Shown one piece after another: positions 13,041-25,800 of a stretch of DNA of 64,000 bases (positions within the stretch are counted from its first letter, which is position 1; every line of letters begins with the position of its first letter). The translations under genes were made by a program, and so were the position numbers. Location: assembly GCA_905331295.1 (NCBI GenBank), contig CAJNYD010000023.1, forward strand, positions 124,001 through 188,000, in the 5' to 3' direction. This stretch comes from Rotaria socialis. Lineage: Eukaryota. Below the pieces are notes generated by a model. The model was not told the DNA's origin. It saw only the letters and a list, made by a program, of their open reading frames with translations, and ran no database searches.

Positions 13041-14530
13041 GCAACAACAACAACAACAACAGCAACAACAACAGCAACAACAACAACAACTGCAACAACA
13101 ACTGCAACAACAACAACAAGTACAACATTCATCAATGATTCCATCAACACATCCTCAAAATGCAGCAGCTCTATATCAGCAATATTATCAACAGCCATTT
13201 GCAAATATGGCACAATTTGTTAATCCAACAGCACAACAAATGAATGTTAGTATGATGGGTGCTCAAATGATGCCCCAACAAGCACAACAGCAATTAGCTG
13301 GCAATGGACCAAACGCAAATACGCCAGGTGCAGGTGGAATGACAACACCAAGTGGTGGTTCTGGTCCAACATATAAAACAAACAATAATGCGGTACATAG
13401 TGGAGACGTTGGAAATACTGGTGTTAATAATGTCGCACCGAAAAAAGGTAAAATAACTAAAATGTAACAATTGATGAAATCATATTATTGTTCTATATTT
13501 TTAGCTGTAGTATCAGTTCAACGTGCCGAACAACCTAACGTAACTCAACAACAAGTGACTGGCGCACAATCAATGGTTTATCCAACTACATCGATTCGAT
13601 ACTATCAAACTGATTATATGGGACAACGTATAAAGATTTCATATCTATAGAATATATTTAAAAAAATTTCTTTTAAATAATAGAAGCTGCTGCTGCTGCC
13701 GCTGCTGCACAGTCCATGCAATTACAACAAATACCATTTTATTATCCAATCAATACACCTGGTCTTATCCAAGCAGCTGCAACAGCAGCATCGGGTGTAG
13801 GCCCACCACAAAGTATAATGATTCCATCAACTAGTTCATCAGCTGGACCCGCTACACCAGCTGCACAGTCAATATACTATCCAGGAATTTATCCAGGTAA
13901 ATTGAAGACTATGTTTTTTTCGATATAGCAATATCAATAAATTTCATTGTATTATTGTATCTTTAAGATCCACGCATGTATGGAGTGTATCCATCAGCAG
14001 CATCTGTTAATCCAGGTGGTGTCAATCCTAATTGGCAAATGACTCGTTCGCCTCCTCATCAGCAACAACAACAGCCAACCGATCAACAACGGGCTTATGT
14101 TGGTGGACAGAATGTTGTATCTCAAGTACCGCAACAAACAGGTGTACCAAATAATGGTGCCGGTGGTCGATCAGCATCGACATCGGGTCCATCAGGTCAA
14201 GCTGGTACTGTTACTGGTGGCCCATCGATGACACCACAATATGCATTAAATGGAAGTGTACAGGCTACTTACGCATATGGAGCACCGGGTGCTTGGTATT
14301 CTGCTCAAGGGCAAGTTCCGTCACCTCAAACGAATATGCCTCCTCAGGTGAATCCGTATGGTATGATTTATGATCAATCTCAGCAAGCACAACAACAACA
14401 ACAACAACAGCAACAACAACCAACATATGTACATCAAAATCCATACGAAGCTGCTTACTTTCAACAAGCACAGCAACAACTTACACAGCAAGGCTTGGAT
14501 ACAGTGCCACCGGGCAATTATAATCGCTAA
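9700..14530 (+). CDS. ATXN2: Ataxin-2 homolog (LSm, LSmAD, PAM2, polyQ/prion-like C-terminus); multi-exon
   Basis: Spliced translation gives SEGIYRNSRFVHAV and GQPVIIQTTERERFHGVLETIS (LSm), GYDPEDMFHTNREKFNTTTDFDESKYT (LSmAD), GLNPEADEFVP (PAM2, ~12741-12773) and a Q/P/Y-rich C-terminus. Confidence 0.93.
12952..13119 (+). repeat. (CAA/CAG)n coding trinucleotide repeat, polyglutamine of ataxin-2
   Basis: Directly visible CAA-dominated tract; the longest uninterrupted Gln run is about 28 codons (13006-13089). Confidence 0.95.
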
Positions 14531-14922
14531 ACGTTCGCTTTTTCTTTGTTTCTCTCTCTCTATATATGTATTTGTGAATGTGCGTTTTTCTTTCGTTCGG
14601 GTTCTGCGTCTATTTCTCTTGTTGTGTGATACATATTTCTATTTAAACATATAACTTACTTTTTCTTCTTTATCATCGTTCTTTATGTTTGTCTGCCTAT
14701 ATGTTTCATCCTCTTTTTTTTGTTCTTCTCCGTTTTTTTTTCATCATCTGTATCCTAAGGTTAAGTTTCATCTTTTATTATTCCTTATATTCACACAACA
14801 CAAAAAAAAACTTTAAGCTGACAAGACTTGACAAAAAAAGAGGCAAGTTTAATAAATTATTATTCCCTATCTAACGGATTTTAGACAATTTATCATAAAA
14901 GTGCACCTTTGTTTTCTTCTCA

Positions 14923-17900
14923 ATGTCGTCATTGTCAATTGTTCGACCTGAAATTCTCGTTGTGGGTAATCGTTGTTACCGTATTAATCCATCATCTTTA
15001 CCAAGTCTTGAGTCCATTGATAATCAACAACATCAAGTATACCGAGAGGAAGAAGAAGCAGATTATTATATTGATCACCGACATGATGATGATGATGATG
15101 ACGATGAACCAAGTTGTAGACCACAACAAAAAACCACAACAATTGAATCAGAAGAAAAATCTCAAATTGGTATTATACGATTTCTTTTTGAAAAAAATCA
15201 CAGTTTACCAACATAATTTTTTATTTTTACTGTTAGTAAAAGGAAAAAGCACTCATAATTCATCTTGTCTATCAGGCCGCCTAATAGAATGGGATGGGAA
15301 GAGTTCCTAATCCCATGGGAAATGTGATTATTTTTTTAAAGAGAAAATGACTATTTATTTATGTCACAATTGACAATAGGTGAAAAATGTGAATATTATC
15401 ATTCTTTTTCTGTACTGGTCATTAACCCAACTCCGAGCTCTATTCGAACAATTGAATAAAGAATACGATAAAACATAGAAAACAGAAATAAACATAAATG
15501 TTCTTTTTGTTTCAATGTTTTAATAAAATATCATCATCGTTTGTTTTATAAATTGTTCAATGTCACTTTCTATAATTATTTCTTCCTCATTATCATCCTT
15601 AGTTTTGGATAAACAGGAATATTCAGTTGAGAAAATCAAATTTCGTTTACAACATCACAAACAGAATTAAGAGGTATTGATAATGATTACAACCAGGAAT
15701 GCACCAATTTCTAGTACATGGTACGATAGATAAAAGTTTTGCCTGATGTAGGAGGCAGTCGTCCTCTGATTCAGTTCCATATATCGGCCAAGATCATTTT
15801 TTTCGATCTATGAAAAACTATGATCCAAATTTATTAAAGATGAAAAAGCGCTTTTGGATTTGACGCCAAATTTCAATTTTCAAGTCGTTTGCGTCAAATT
15901 CTGCGAAATCCGACTTAATTTCAGGCTTGCAATTTGCATTATATAAATTCTAAGAATAAATTTGGAAAAAGCGTTCAAAACTGAACAGAAAAATAAGAAG
16001 AAAGAGATGTTCGATCGATAGTTCTCACTACCAGGCACGTCATTTTTAAGTAGGGAAAAGATCAAATCCCGTCAATTTCTTGATTTTTTATCCAATATTT
16101 ACATGTTTTCAGTATGAGAAGTTATGGACTAAGCCTCTTTTTACTTATTTTTTTTCTGTTCAGTTTTGAACGTTCTTTTCAAATCTATTCTTAGAATTTG
16201 TGTAATGCAAACTGCAAGTCTGAAACTGAATTGGATTTAACCGAAAACGACTTGAAAATTCAAATTCTGAATCAAATCCGAAAACGTTTCTTAATCTTTC
16301 ATAAATCTCAGCTACCGTTTTGCATAGAGCAAAAAATGGTCTTGGCTGATATATGGAATCAGAGGACAACCCCATTCTACATCAGGCAAAAATGTCATCT
16401 TTCTTGCAATGTACTAGGACTTGGTGCATCCCTAATTCCAATATTCAAATCTGAATGCTGAAAAACTTCGACTTTCCAATTAGAAAAAATAAACCTTGAT
16501 TTTCAATAAGATTTTTCGTAATATAGCGAATACCATGGGAGCCCATGGGATGGGATGGTACGACTTGCATTATCCCACGGGACGAAATTTTCGTCCCATC
16601 CCATCCCATCCCACTAGGAGCCCTGCTGTCTATATTAAAAACAAACAGCCGATGTATGATAATCATTATTAGTTCTCATTCATACTTAGATCTTCCTTTT
16701 GATATTATTGTTAGTTTACTAAAATCTGAATTGAGATGACGATATCCGTATGTACAAAGATGAAAACAAAATGCCATCTTTTGGTCATAAGTTATTGTTA
16801 TATTCTTTGCTTAGTCTAAACATTTAAAATTAAAATTGAATAGTCGTCTGTATCACAAAATTTCAGCGAAAGTTTTACAGATCACTATTCTGGTGCCCGA
16901 AAGATGTTTAGTCTTTCTATATGAAAGAGTCAGCTGATTGTTTTCCATAGACTTATGCCTCCTCCAAAAAAAAAAATTAAAAATTAATCTAAGATCCCCG
17001 TTATACTGTACGCAAAAATATCTAAACTAACGTGAAGTCATACGTGAGATTAGCGGATCGCCATTATTTTATCTATAACCTCTATACAGATCCTAATGGT
17101 TACCGATCAGTTTTACATCGAAAAATAGCACCACAGGATGTATATTTTTTTGTAAACTTAATAAAAAAAAATATACGTATATATTAGTAATAGAAAAAGA
17201 CATAGTTGATAAAATTTCGTTTTTTTTTTCATAGTTAAAAAAGAAGAACCAGTCGAAAACAGTGATGATACAATTGATTATATCGCTAAAGAAAACATGT
17301 TTGTATGCGAAATGGATATTGCTCCTGCATTTTATGGTGTTTTAATTGGTAAAAATGCTGAAGCTAAACAAAAACTAGAACAAGATACAAATACACAATT
17401 AATATTTCCTCGTCGTGATGAATCTGGAACAGTTAAAATTCGTGGTCGCAATAAAGCAAATGTTCAGTCAGCTCGTACTCGAATTGAAATAATTATTGAT
17501 AGAAATCGCCAAATACAACCATTTACACATTTTCTTTCTATTCCAATATGTCAGTCATCATCTTCATTGACAACGAATTTCAAAAAAAACTATGAAGAAT
17601 TTAAGAAAAATGTTCTGGAAAAATGTTCAAATGAACGAGGAGTAACCACCGAATTATTTCAACAAGCCAGTAAATTACATTTAACAGTTGCAACACTTGT
17701 TCTATTATCAAAATCTGAAATTGATTTTATTAAAGATACTTTACAAGATTGTACAAAAAGTTTACTTCAACAATTTATGTCGACAGATAAAGAACGCTTT
17801 ATAGTAAAGTTAAAAGGACTAGAATTCATGAATGATGATCCAAGTTTTGTTGATGTACTTTATGCTAAAGTACAACTAGTTGATGAAACAAATAAGAATC

Positions 17901-18238
17901 GTTTACAAGCGTTTCTTGATAGTTTAAATGAAGAATTATCCAGTACAGGTCTGATGAAACAAAAATTTGAACGTATTAAACTGCATGTTACATTAATGAA
18001 TTCATTATTACGTAAAGATGATACAGGAATATTAGAAGCACAAAAAACAGCACGTGGAAGAGTCAAAAATCAAGAACGTGAATCGTTTGATGCCAAAAAT
18101 ATTATGCGTTTATTTGGTCAATTTGATTTTGGACAAATTGAATTGAGTGATTTACATTTAAGTATAATGCATCAACCAGATCGCCAAGCAGGTTATTATG
18201 GTTGTGAAACAAAAATTTCATTGAAACCAATCAATTAA
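14923..18238 (+). CDS. ASCC1: Activating signal cointegrator 1 complex subunit 1 (KH + 2H phosphoesterase); exons 14923-15169 and 17235-18238
   Basis: N-terminal IVRPEILVVGNRCYRINP, KH motif YGVLIGKNAEAKQKLEQDT, PFTHFLS, and two HxT motifs (LHLTV, LHVTL). The phase-1 GT-AG intron joins the exons in frame. Confidence 0.93.
15273..16625. mobile_element. Non-autonomous hAT-type DNA transposon in ASCC1 intron 1
   Basis: TIRs caggccgcctaatagaatgggatggga / (reverse complement) cagggctcctagtgggatgggatggga with subterminal GGGAT repeats. Flanked by an 8-bp near-identical duplication ttgtctat (15265-15272) / ctgtctat (16626-16633). Confidence 0.8.
15694..16434. mobile_element. Fold-back MITE (hAT-like) nested inside the previous element
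   Basis: Inverted arms of roughly 300 bp, from caggaatgcacca...gcctgatgtag...gttcaaaactgaacagaaaa to its reverse complement ending tggtgcatcccta. Degenerate 8-bp TSD attacaac / attccaat. Confidence 0.8.
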
Positions 18239-19049
18239 GAATGTTTTTCATCGTGATCAAGATTCGACAATGAATCATTGGATTCTACCACGAATAGAGC
18301 TGCCCGGATTTCGAAACTTATTTGAATTGTTAAATTTTTTTGTTAAAAGAAAATGTGCTCGTTTATTATTTTTATGCAAGAATTTTTTAATGGTTTTAGA
18401 GAAAAATTAGAAGATTTTATACCTTTAAGTTAAAAATCTCTCAGATATTTCTTCATAATATATTAAAATATTGACAGATAGAATGTTTGATTTCATTAAT
18501 TTCTTTGAATTTCGTTAACACATACGTTGACATTAATATTTGCAATGGCTAGTATTATTTCATAACGTTCTCAACATTTCAATATTTTCAAAAAGATACT
18601 TTGAATTTTGATTATAATATCAATTTTGTTTACTTCAACAAACCATTAGTCAATGTTGATATAAAATATCTATGGGCATATTACTAACTAAATTACCTGG
18701 AATTTTATTTCTTTGAAGACAATACAATGAAGCGATATCATGTGAAATATAATATCTTCCACTATTAGTCAGCAATAAAGTGAATAATATGCTATATAAT
18801 GATTGTAGCGATATTACAAGTCGTATTGTGTTGTCGACGTGACTTTTTGACTGCTACACAAAAAATTCATCTCATTGAAGTTTCTCTATTAAATGTTACG
18901 ACAACAGTATTTACCGATTAAAGAAATAAAGAAATACAGTTATACTTAAATATTTCAATCAAATTTCCAAAAAAATTCATTCAACTAAGGCTATCTATTT
19001 TAATATTTTGATAGAATCGAAGTACTGCTATGGCAAACTATAAGATAAG

Positions 19050-19399
19050 TCCTAGTCGAACTTTTTTTGCAAGCGCATGCAATTCTTGTCTTTCTTGATC
19101 AAGAAAGTCAAGAACTATGGACACATCTTGAGGCAATACATGAGGCTTTTCGGTGAGCGCGAGTTCTTAAACTTCTTGCTCATGCGCTTGAATTTTTATC
19201 TAAGGGTTTCTGTTACTAAAGAACTTTTCCAATTTTACGTTCAAAATAACTCAAATTTTAATAAAAATTTATCGTTGCGTCTTTTCGTAACTCATGCAAA
19301 CATTCAAGCGCTTGTCTTGAGCAAGAGAGAGTCATGCACTATGGACACATCTCGAGCTCAAGTCCTGGCAAGTGCATGAATAAAAAAGTTCGACTAGGG
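19050..19399. mobile_element. MITE between the convergent ASCC1 and plexin 3' ends
   Basis: TIR cctagtcgaactttttt ... aaaaaagttcgactagg. Internal direct repeat actatggacacatct at ~19114 and ~19338. Higher GC than the flanks. Confidence 0.75.
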
Positions 19400-19862
19400 A
19401 GAGTACTTTATTGATAAAATTTATTGGATCTCATCGATAACAAAATACATTCTAATTCTACGTATAGTACCATTCGTTTCCGAACAAACGGGCCTCTTAC
19501 TATTTTATCAACATCGCTGACGTTATTCATTACTTTGAATTGCCTTTTTGAATTTTCTGTATAAATGCTTGTAGAATAAAAACATACGTCATCATTCACT
19601 GATAAACCTTTCGAAAGCTCTTTCATTAATATTAAACCGAATTACATTCGTATACGCTTTAATTGGTATGCAGTGACTATAACTATTCGCTCGAGTAAAC
19701 AAGTTCGCTTCATCATTTTTGTTTTTATAGATCGACAGTTTATTTCAAAAGTCAGACAAGAGTAATGAATTTATAAAAAAAAAAAGAAAGAAACATACAA
19801 AACAAAAAGAAAACTATTAGATATACTTATATTGCAATACATATAAAAACAAACTTATCGGA

Positions 19863-22800
19863 TCAAGTTCTTCCAGTCGATCGATACATTTGGACAAGGT
19901 TGAGAAATACGATTGAAGTCTTATTATCGGTTGATCGACTTTTCAATAGATCATTAATCTAACATGAAAAGAAAAAGAAATCAGATGAGATAAAAAAAAG
20001 AGAATTATGTTTTTAATCAAACGCACCTCTTCAGCATGTGAACATAAATATTCAATAAGATCATGAATTATTGAAGGATCCAATTCAAATTTTTTGTTAA
20101 TACCCTAAGACGAAGGAAAAAACGAGATGAGAAATAAATAATTAAACAAATCTTTTACTATCTTACTGTATTAGTCGATGAATATTCAGATGTTAAATTT
20201 TTGTTATTTAAACGTCTCTCTAAATTTGAATAATGTAAACGAACACGTTGAATTTCATCAGCAAATAATAATGTACAATTTTGAATATTCTAAAAAAATG
20301 AAAATTCTAAAGAAAAAACAAGAATTTTATTGTTATCTACGTACTAAACTTAAATTTGTATTATTATTATTTGACTCGGAACATAATGAACAGTTTTCTT
20401 CATTTGATTGACAAGAGCAAGCTATTTGAAAAATAGTCGCTAGAATATCCAATGAGCTATTTAAACATTTATCAATTGTTATATCGAATAAACAATTCAT
20501 ATTCTTTAATATAAATGGTACAAAATGTCCATAGAATATGTGTAAAAAACGTGAATATTGTTCAATCAATTCACTTAAATATGCATCACTATGAAGAAAA
20601 TTTGTAAATAAGGTTTCAATAAGATTTATTAACATTGAATGTATCGTAGATTTCGTTTCAAATAAACGATAAGTTTTACTTTGATTATTATCCATGAATA
20701 AATTACCACATTCACCTATTTCTTCATAGGTATGATTTAATAAATGAAAACAACGTGTTCTATCGTTTTCACCTGTTGGTGGTAATCCAATAGAATTTAA
20801 AGTTAATGGTACAGATGTTATATAATTGAAAGTATTTTTAAGCTCTGTTGAACAATATTGACAATCAAAATTATTACGACGAAGTGTTCTTCCTACAGTA
20901 GATTAGAAAAACGAAAATTAGTATATTTTAGGATTGTATTTCAAGTAGATGATGCAGTTAAAATATGTACAATCGTTTGTACTATTGTATTGTAGTTCTA
21001 GCGAATGGAGAATATCATGAACAACAAATATGCTCAATTTAGTGACTCAGCTATGACACACTACGAGATTTCCCAAATATATGGAAGTCATGGTAGTATC
21101 TGAAAGCCTATTTAGTAAACACAAAATACAAAATAAAGAAATTTCCTCCTTTTCTGTAGTTCTATCGAAATTGAATATCATATTTTGAATCAGTTTAAAA
21201 TTAACAGTTATTTTACATGTGTGAATCTCTCAAGATTATATCTATAGATAATAAAAATTCATCGGTTACAAGATATCGGATTCAATTTGAAAAATTTTCA
21301 TCGACTATCAAGAAACTCTGAAATCTTATAAAAGAATCAGTAAATTTCGTGCTGTTACATGGTATGCATTGTCAAGAAAATAGATTTCGTAGCAGAAAGA
21401 TATCGTGCTCAGCAGTCTACCTTAATTCTATGAGAAACAATATTATCTTTCAAGACAACTCTATTACTTATATAAAGTAAGCACCAATATAACAAAAAAA
21501 GGAGTACTCACTAGGGCTACAAATGAATGCTTTTCTAAATTACTTTTAATAAATTGCTCTTTCTTTTTAAGCGTTGTCAGTTTTTAGATCTTTCTACTGC
21601 GTGCATGTAGAGAACGGATGTTCTCTTGACTTACGTATCTCTCTCAATACGATTGATTGATCCAAGTAGTTAGAACTAAAACGTACTTTGAGCTCTTACT
21701 TGTTAGAGTTAAATCATCTCACTGAACAAAATTCTACAATAGTAGTTTAATGTAAAAACATACTACTGATAAACACTATGACTTCTTGCTGTGTATACTA
21801 GAGCATACCACCAATTCATATAAATAAGGTATTGTCAAGAGGACTAATGAGTGAGGTGACTTTTCGGTTTTCGAAAACATTGTGAAGTTTCCTAAATGTG
21901 AATTAGAAAACACTTACTTAAATTTGGACTACTATTCGTTTGATTAACATAATTAATTATTTTATTTCTATTAGGTAAAATAATTTTAAATTCATAACCA
22001 TCATTAAGAACACCATAATGTTGTAACGTATTTAATTTTTTGCAATGATTTATTTGTTCGCTAGTATTATCAATATCGTTCAATAATAAACTAATCGAAT
22101 CTCTATACGTATCATTTAATGTTGATGTTGTTGTTGTTGAATATTTATTAGTGCGATTGAAAAAGAATTGTGTCAACAAAGATTTTTTTGCTAATGGTAC
22201 ATTTGATGATGATGTTGTTGATGATGAACAGGATGATGCTGAAAAAGAATTATTACTTGATTTAACACGTGTCAATAGAAATAATTGACATTCATTTATT
22301 GTTATAAAATTCATTTTTTTAAATAAATTTAATTGAATAAGAATTTTTTGTTTAACTTGTGTTATTGTATCGCATGTTAAACATTTTACATTTATTAATA
22401 ATAAATCATCAGAATTACTAAAATCAATATGAACAATTAATTGAATAGAATTAAATATAGTTGATTGATCATTTAATATTGTTGTATTATTTAATGAATA
22501 ATATGAACATGTCTGTTCAATGGTATCAATGGGACCAGAATGAATTTTATATTTTAATTGCTCATAAAGTTGAAAAAATAATGAATTTATTTGATTTGTT
22601 AAAAAGCCATCATAAGATAATAGAATACATATATTGAAATAGATAGCATCATTATTATATTGTAATAATTTTTTAAAATGGCATCTTTGTGTTAATAGAA
22701 AATTATTCAGAATTCTTTTATTATTCGACTTGAATAATATTGTACAAAAATTTTCAATAAATTGATCATTATTTTCAAATAATAATTGAAATTGGTCAAT

Positions 22801-25800
22801 GATTTCTGGGTTTAAATTAGCTTTCGGTGTATCATACGATGGTATGAATAATAATGGATCATAAGAATAGTAATAATAACATAATTGTAAATATTTTATA
22901 TAAGAACGTATCGGAATAGCTATCAATGATGAAGAATCGATTATATTAGTTTCAATAGGTTGAAGTTTTTGATAAGTTCGATTAATGAGATTATCTCCGT
23001 ACGGTTCTTTTTCATGGTCATCAGGATTGATACCAGCACCGTATAAATAACGTCGACGCGATTTTCTTTGAGAATAACGAATTTTTATACAGACAATAAT
23101 AAGTATGATGAGAATAACTAAGAGTATTGTTAATAAACATCCACTTATAATACCTTCAAAAATCAAGAAAAAAGATTTTTAGACAGTTAGACTTCAAAAA
23201 CACATGAAATATTATATAGGGTGATGAATGTGATATGAAACGTGTGAAAATTAATTACAGAAAATATCTAATTATTCTTTTCAACCCAGTCAATATATTC
23301 TTTTTCTTACAAGACTACGATTAGTATTATATTTGAGTCATGAAAGCATCGCTCAATTTATAAATTAAACATCGACTACAGATCAGAAATCGTTTTTTCA
23401 TCATATTCAATATTAAAAAAAACAAAATTCGATAGGTAATATTTGTCAAAATTCTTACCAAGAATAATAATCTTTTTTGGATACATCATATATCCAACAT
23501 GTGAATGTATATTATCAATGGTAACAATAATCCACGGATGTTCTGAATCATAACAAACTCGATTCGTTTTTGAATATTTGTTGGGACGATATAATGGTGG
23601 TTGACAAATGATTTTATCAGATTGTAAATATAAAATAGTACATAAATCACATCCAATATAAATATTAATATCATTTTTTGTATGTCCGATAGCTGTTAAA
23701 TTGATACCTTGGATAGTTAATTCATTAGTATATGTTTGTAAAATTGGTTCAAGCTCAAAAATAACAGGATCATTAATGTAAATTAATGATGATGTTTTAT
23801 TAAAATGATCTAAATGAATAATAACTTCTATTTCATGTTGATAATCATTTTCTTTATTCAAATTTAATTCTTGTATTGATGGTGTTAAAAATATTAAATG
23901 TGTTTGATTATTAAATAATGGTGACACGAATATAATACGTTTAAATTCTAAACGTATATTTTGTATTGTATGAAAATTTTCACCATGAATTACTAATTGA
24001 TGACCACCACTCATAAAACTTTGAAAATGATGATATTTATCAAATGTATATAGTATTGGATTTGGTACGACTGCAAAGAATTTTTCTGAATCAATTTTTG
24101 TTTGTCGATCAAAAAGAAATTTTATGGTTTGCTGTTTATTTAACATTAAAGAAGAAAATGAAGTTGTTTCACATTGAATTTTTGTACGAGATATTGATAA
24201 TAATTGACACGACTGATTGCCAATTGATACTGATATATGACTATTGCCTAATGTTAAATTTTCGCCATGAATGGTTAAAAGTGTACCACCACTTTCAATA
24301 CCAATAAGTGGTTCAATGAGATTTATTGTAGGATTCATATATGAGATGGTTTGACGAGAATGAAGTTGTGGTCCATTTACACCAAATTTTAAATGAACAA
24401 AACCAGTGCGCGCTGTTGTTCCCGCATCACCAGATTGGCAGACAATTCTAAATAGAACAAGTCATTTGCAAAGAATTTCTTGTTATTTCTGGTGAAAGGA
24501 AATAATTTCATGAACGAATTCACTCATAAAGAACAACATTAGTGCATAATAATCCTACGATAGCGACTATCTTTTCTGTTAAAATTATCAGCTAGTGATA
24601 GCCAAAAAAAAGTCAACCTCAATCCTTCCGAATTATTTACCTTCATCTTATTATTTGAGATGAATTATGAATATAATATGTTACATAAAAACGAGTATTG
24701 TTTTTCGTTCTGTTAACGCAAACTTACCTATTATTTGAACTCTCTTCTTGAACTAAATGACAAGGTACATCAGCCAAACGTATCGATAAATTAAATAAAT
24801 CAAAATTTTTTCCATTAATTGTAACTAATGTACCACCATTCAACGGCAATAATAATGGTTCAATAGTATGTATATTAGGCGATAAACATTCTTGACTGTT
24901 GGGACATATTAATTTATTTTTTATTGTTTGATTCTTAAACATACACATGTTATTACACCACACACAGCCAAATGTTGGATCCAGTTGTATACATGATGTA
25001 CAATTTAATGCCATACGTTCACAATCATATAAAGCAATATGTGTACGTGAAATAGTATATGAAGTTTTATTAGTAAATTCGATTGATAAATCAAGATGTA
25101 TTGGTCGATAAAATGAAATCTGGTGAGAATTTTCAAGATTCGATAAATCAAATGAACATTCTAATAAACATAAATGATTTTCATATGTTGATTTTGTAAA
25201 TTTTGACTCTGATGATATGAATGAAAAACGCTTATGATGATCATTCAATTGACATGAATTAATACTCATAGTTCCATTACATTGATCAACGTGTATACTT
25301 ATTGTTTTATTATTATTATAAGCAAGACGATTTATTGATTGTTGTAAATAAATAAGTGGACACTGATTCGATTTTTTTACAAGACGTTTATGATTGATTG
25401 GTGGTAATCTGATATTCTCATAGGATATACAATTTACTGTTTGAAGATTCCATATGCATTGATTTGAATATGTATTACACGATGAACATGATAGAAAATT
25501 CGAACAATTAATAAATAATAAATGATAATATCCAAATGTTAAATTTGTCTTCAAATGATATACTGATAATGCAACATTATAAACAGCTGGAGAAAAAAAA
25601 CAACATTGGCTATGAATTTCTGATGACTGTGGAGGGAAAAAAATTATTCATTTCTTACCTTGACTTCTATTATTCAATGTAGGTGGTAAACATTTTAATG
25701 TTTTATCATTAAGAAGAACAGCATTTGTATAATAGAGAAATTCATTTTCATCTGTTAAACGAAATTGACAATTATATTCATCAATATCATTTTTTAATGG

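Noticed and set aside
11946..13213. Alternative-frame and antisense ORFs giving polyQ, polyN or polyV over ataxin-2
   Set aside because: They are by-products of CAA repeats, which lack stops in several frames; the spliced ataxin-2 frame explains the region.
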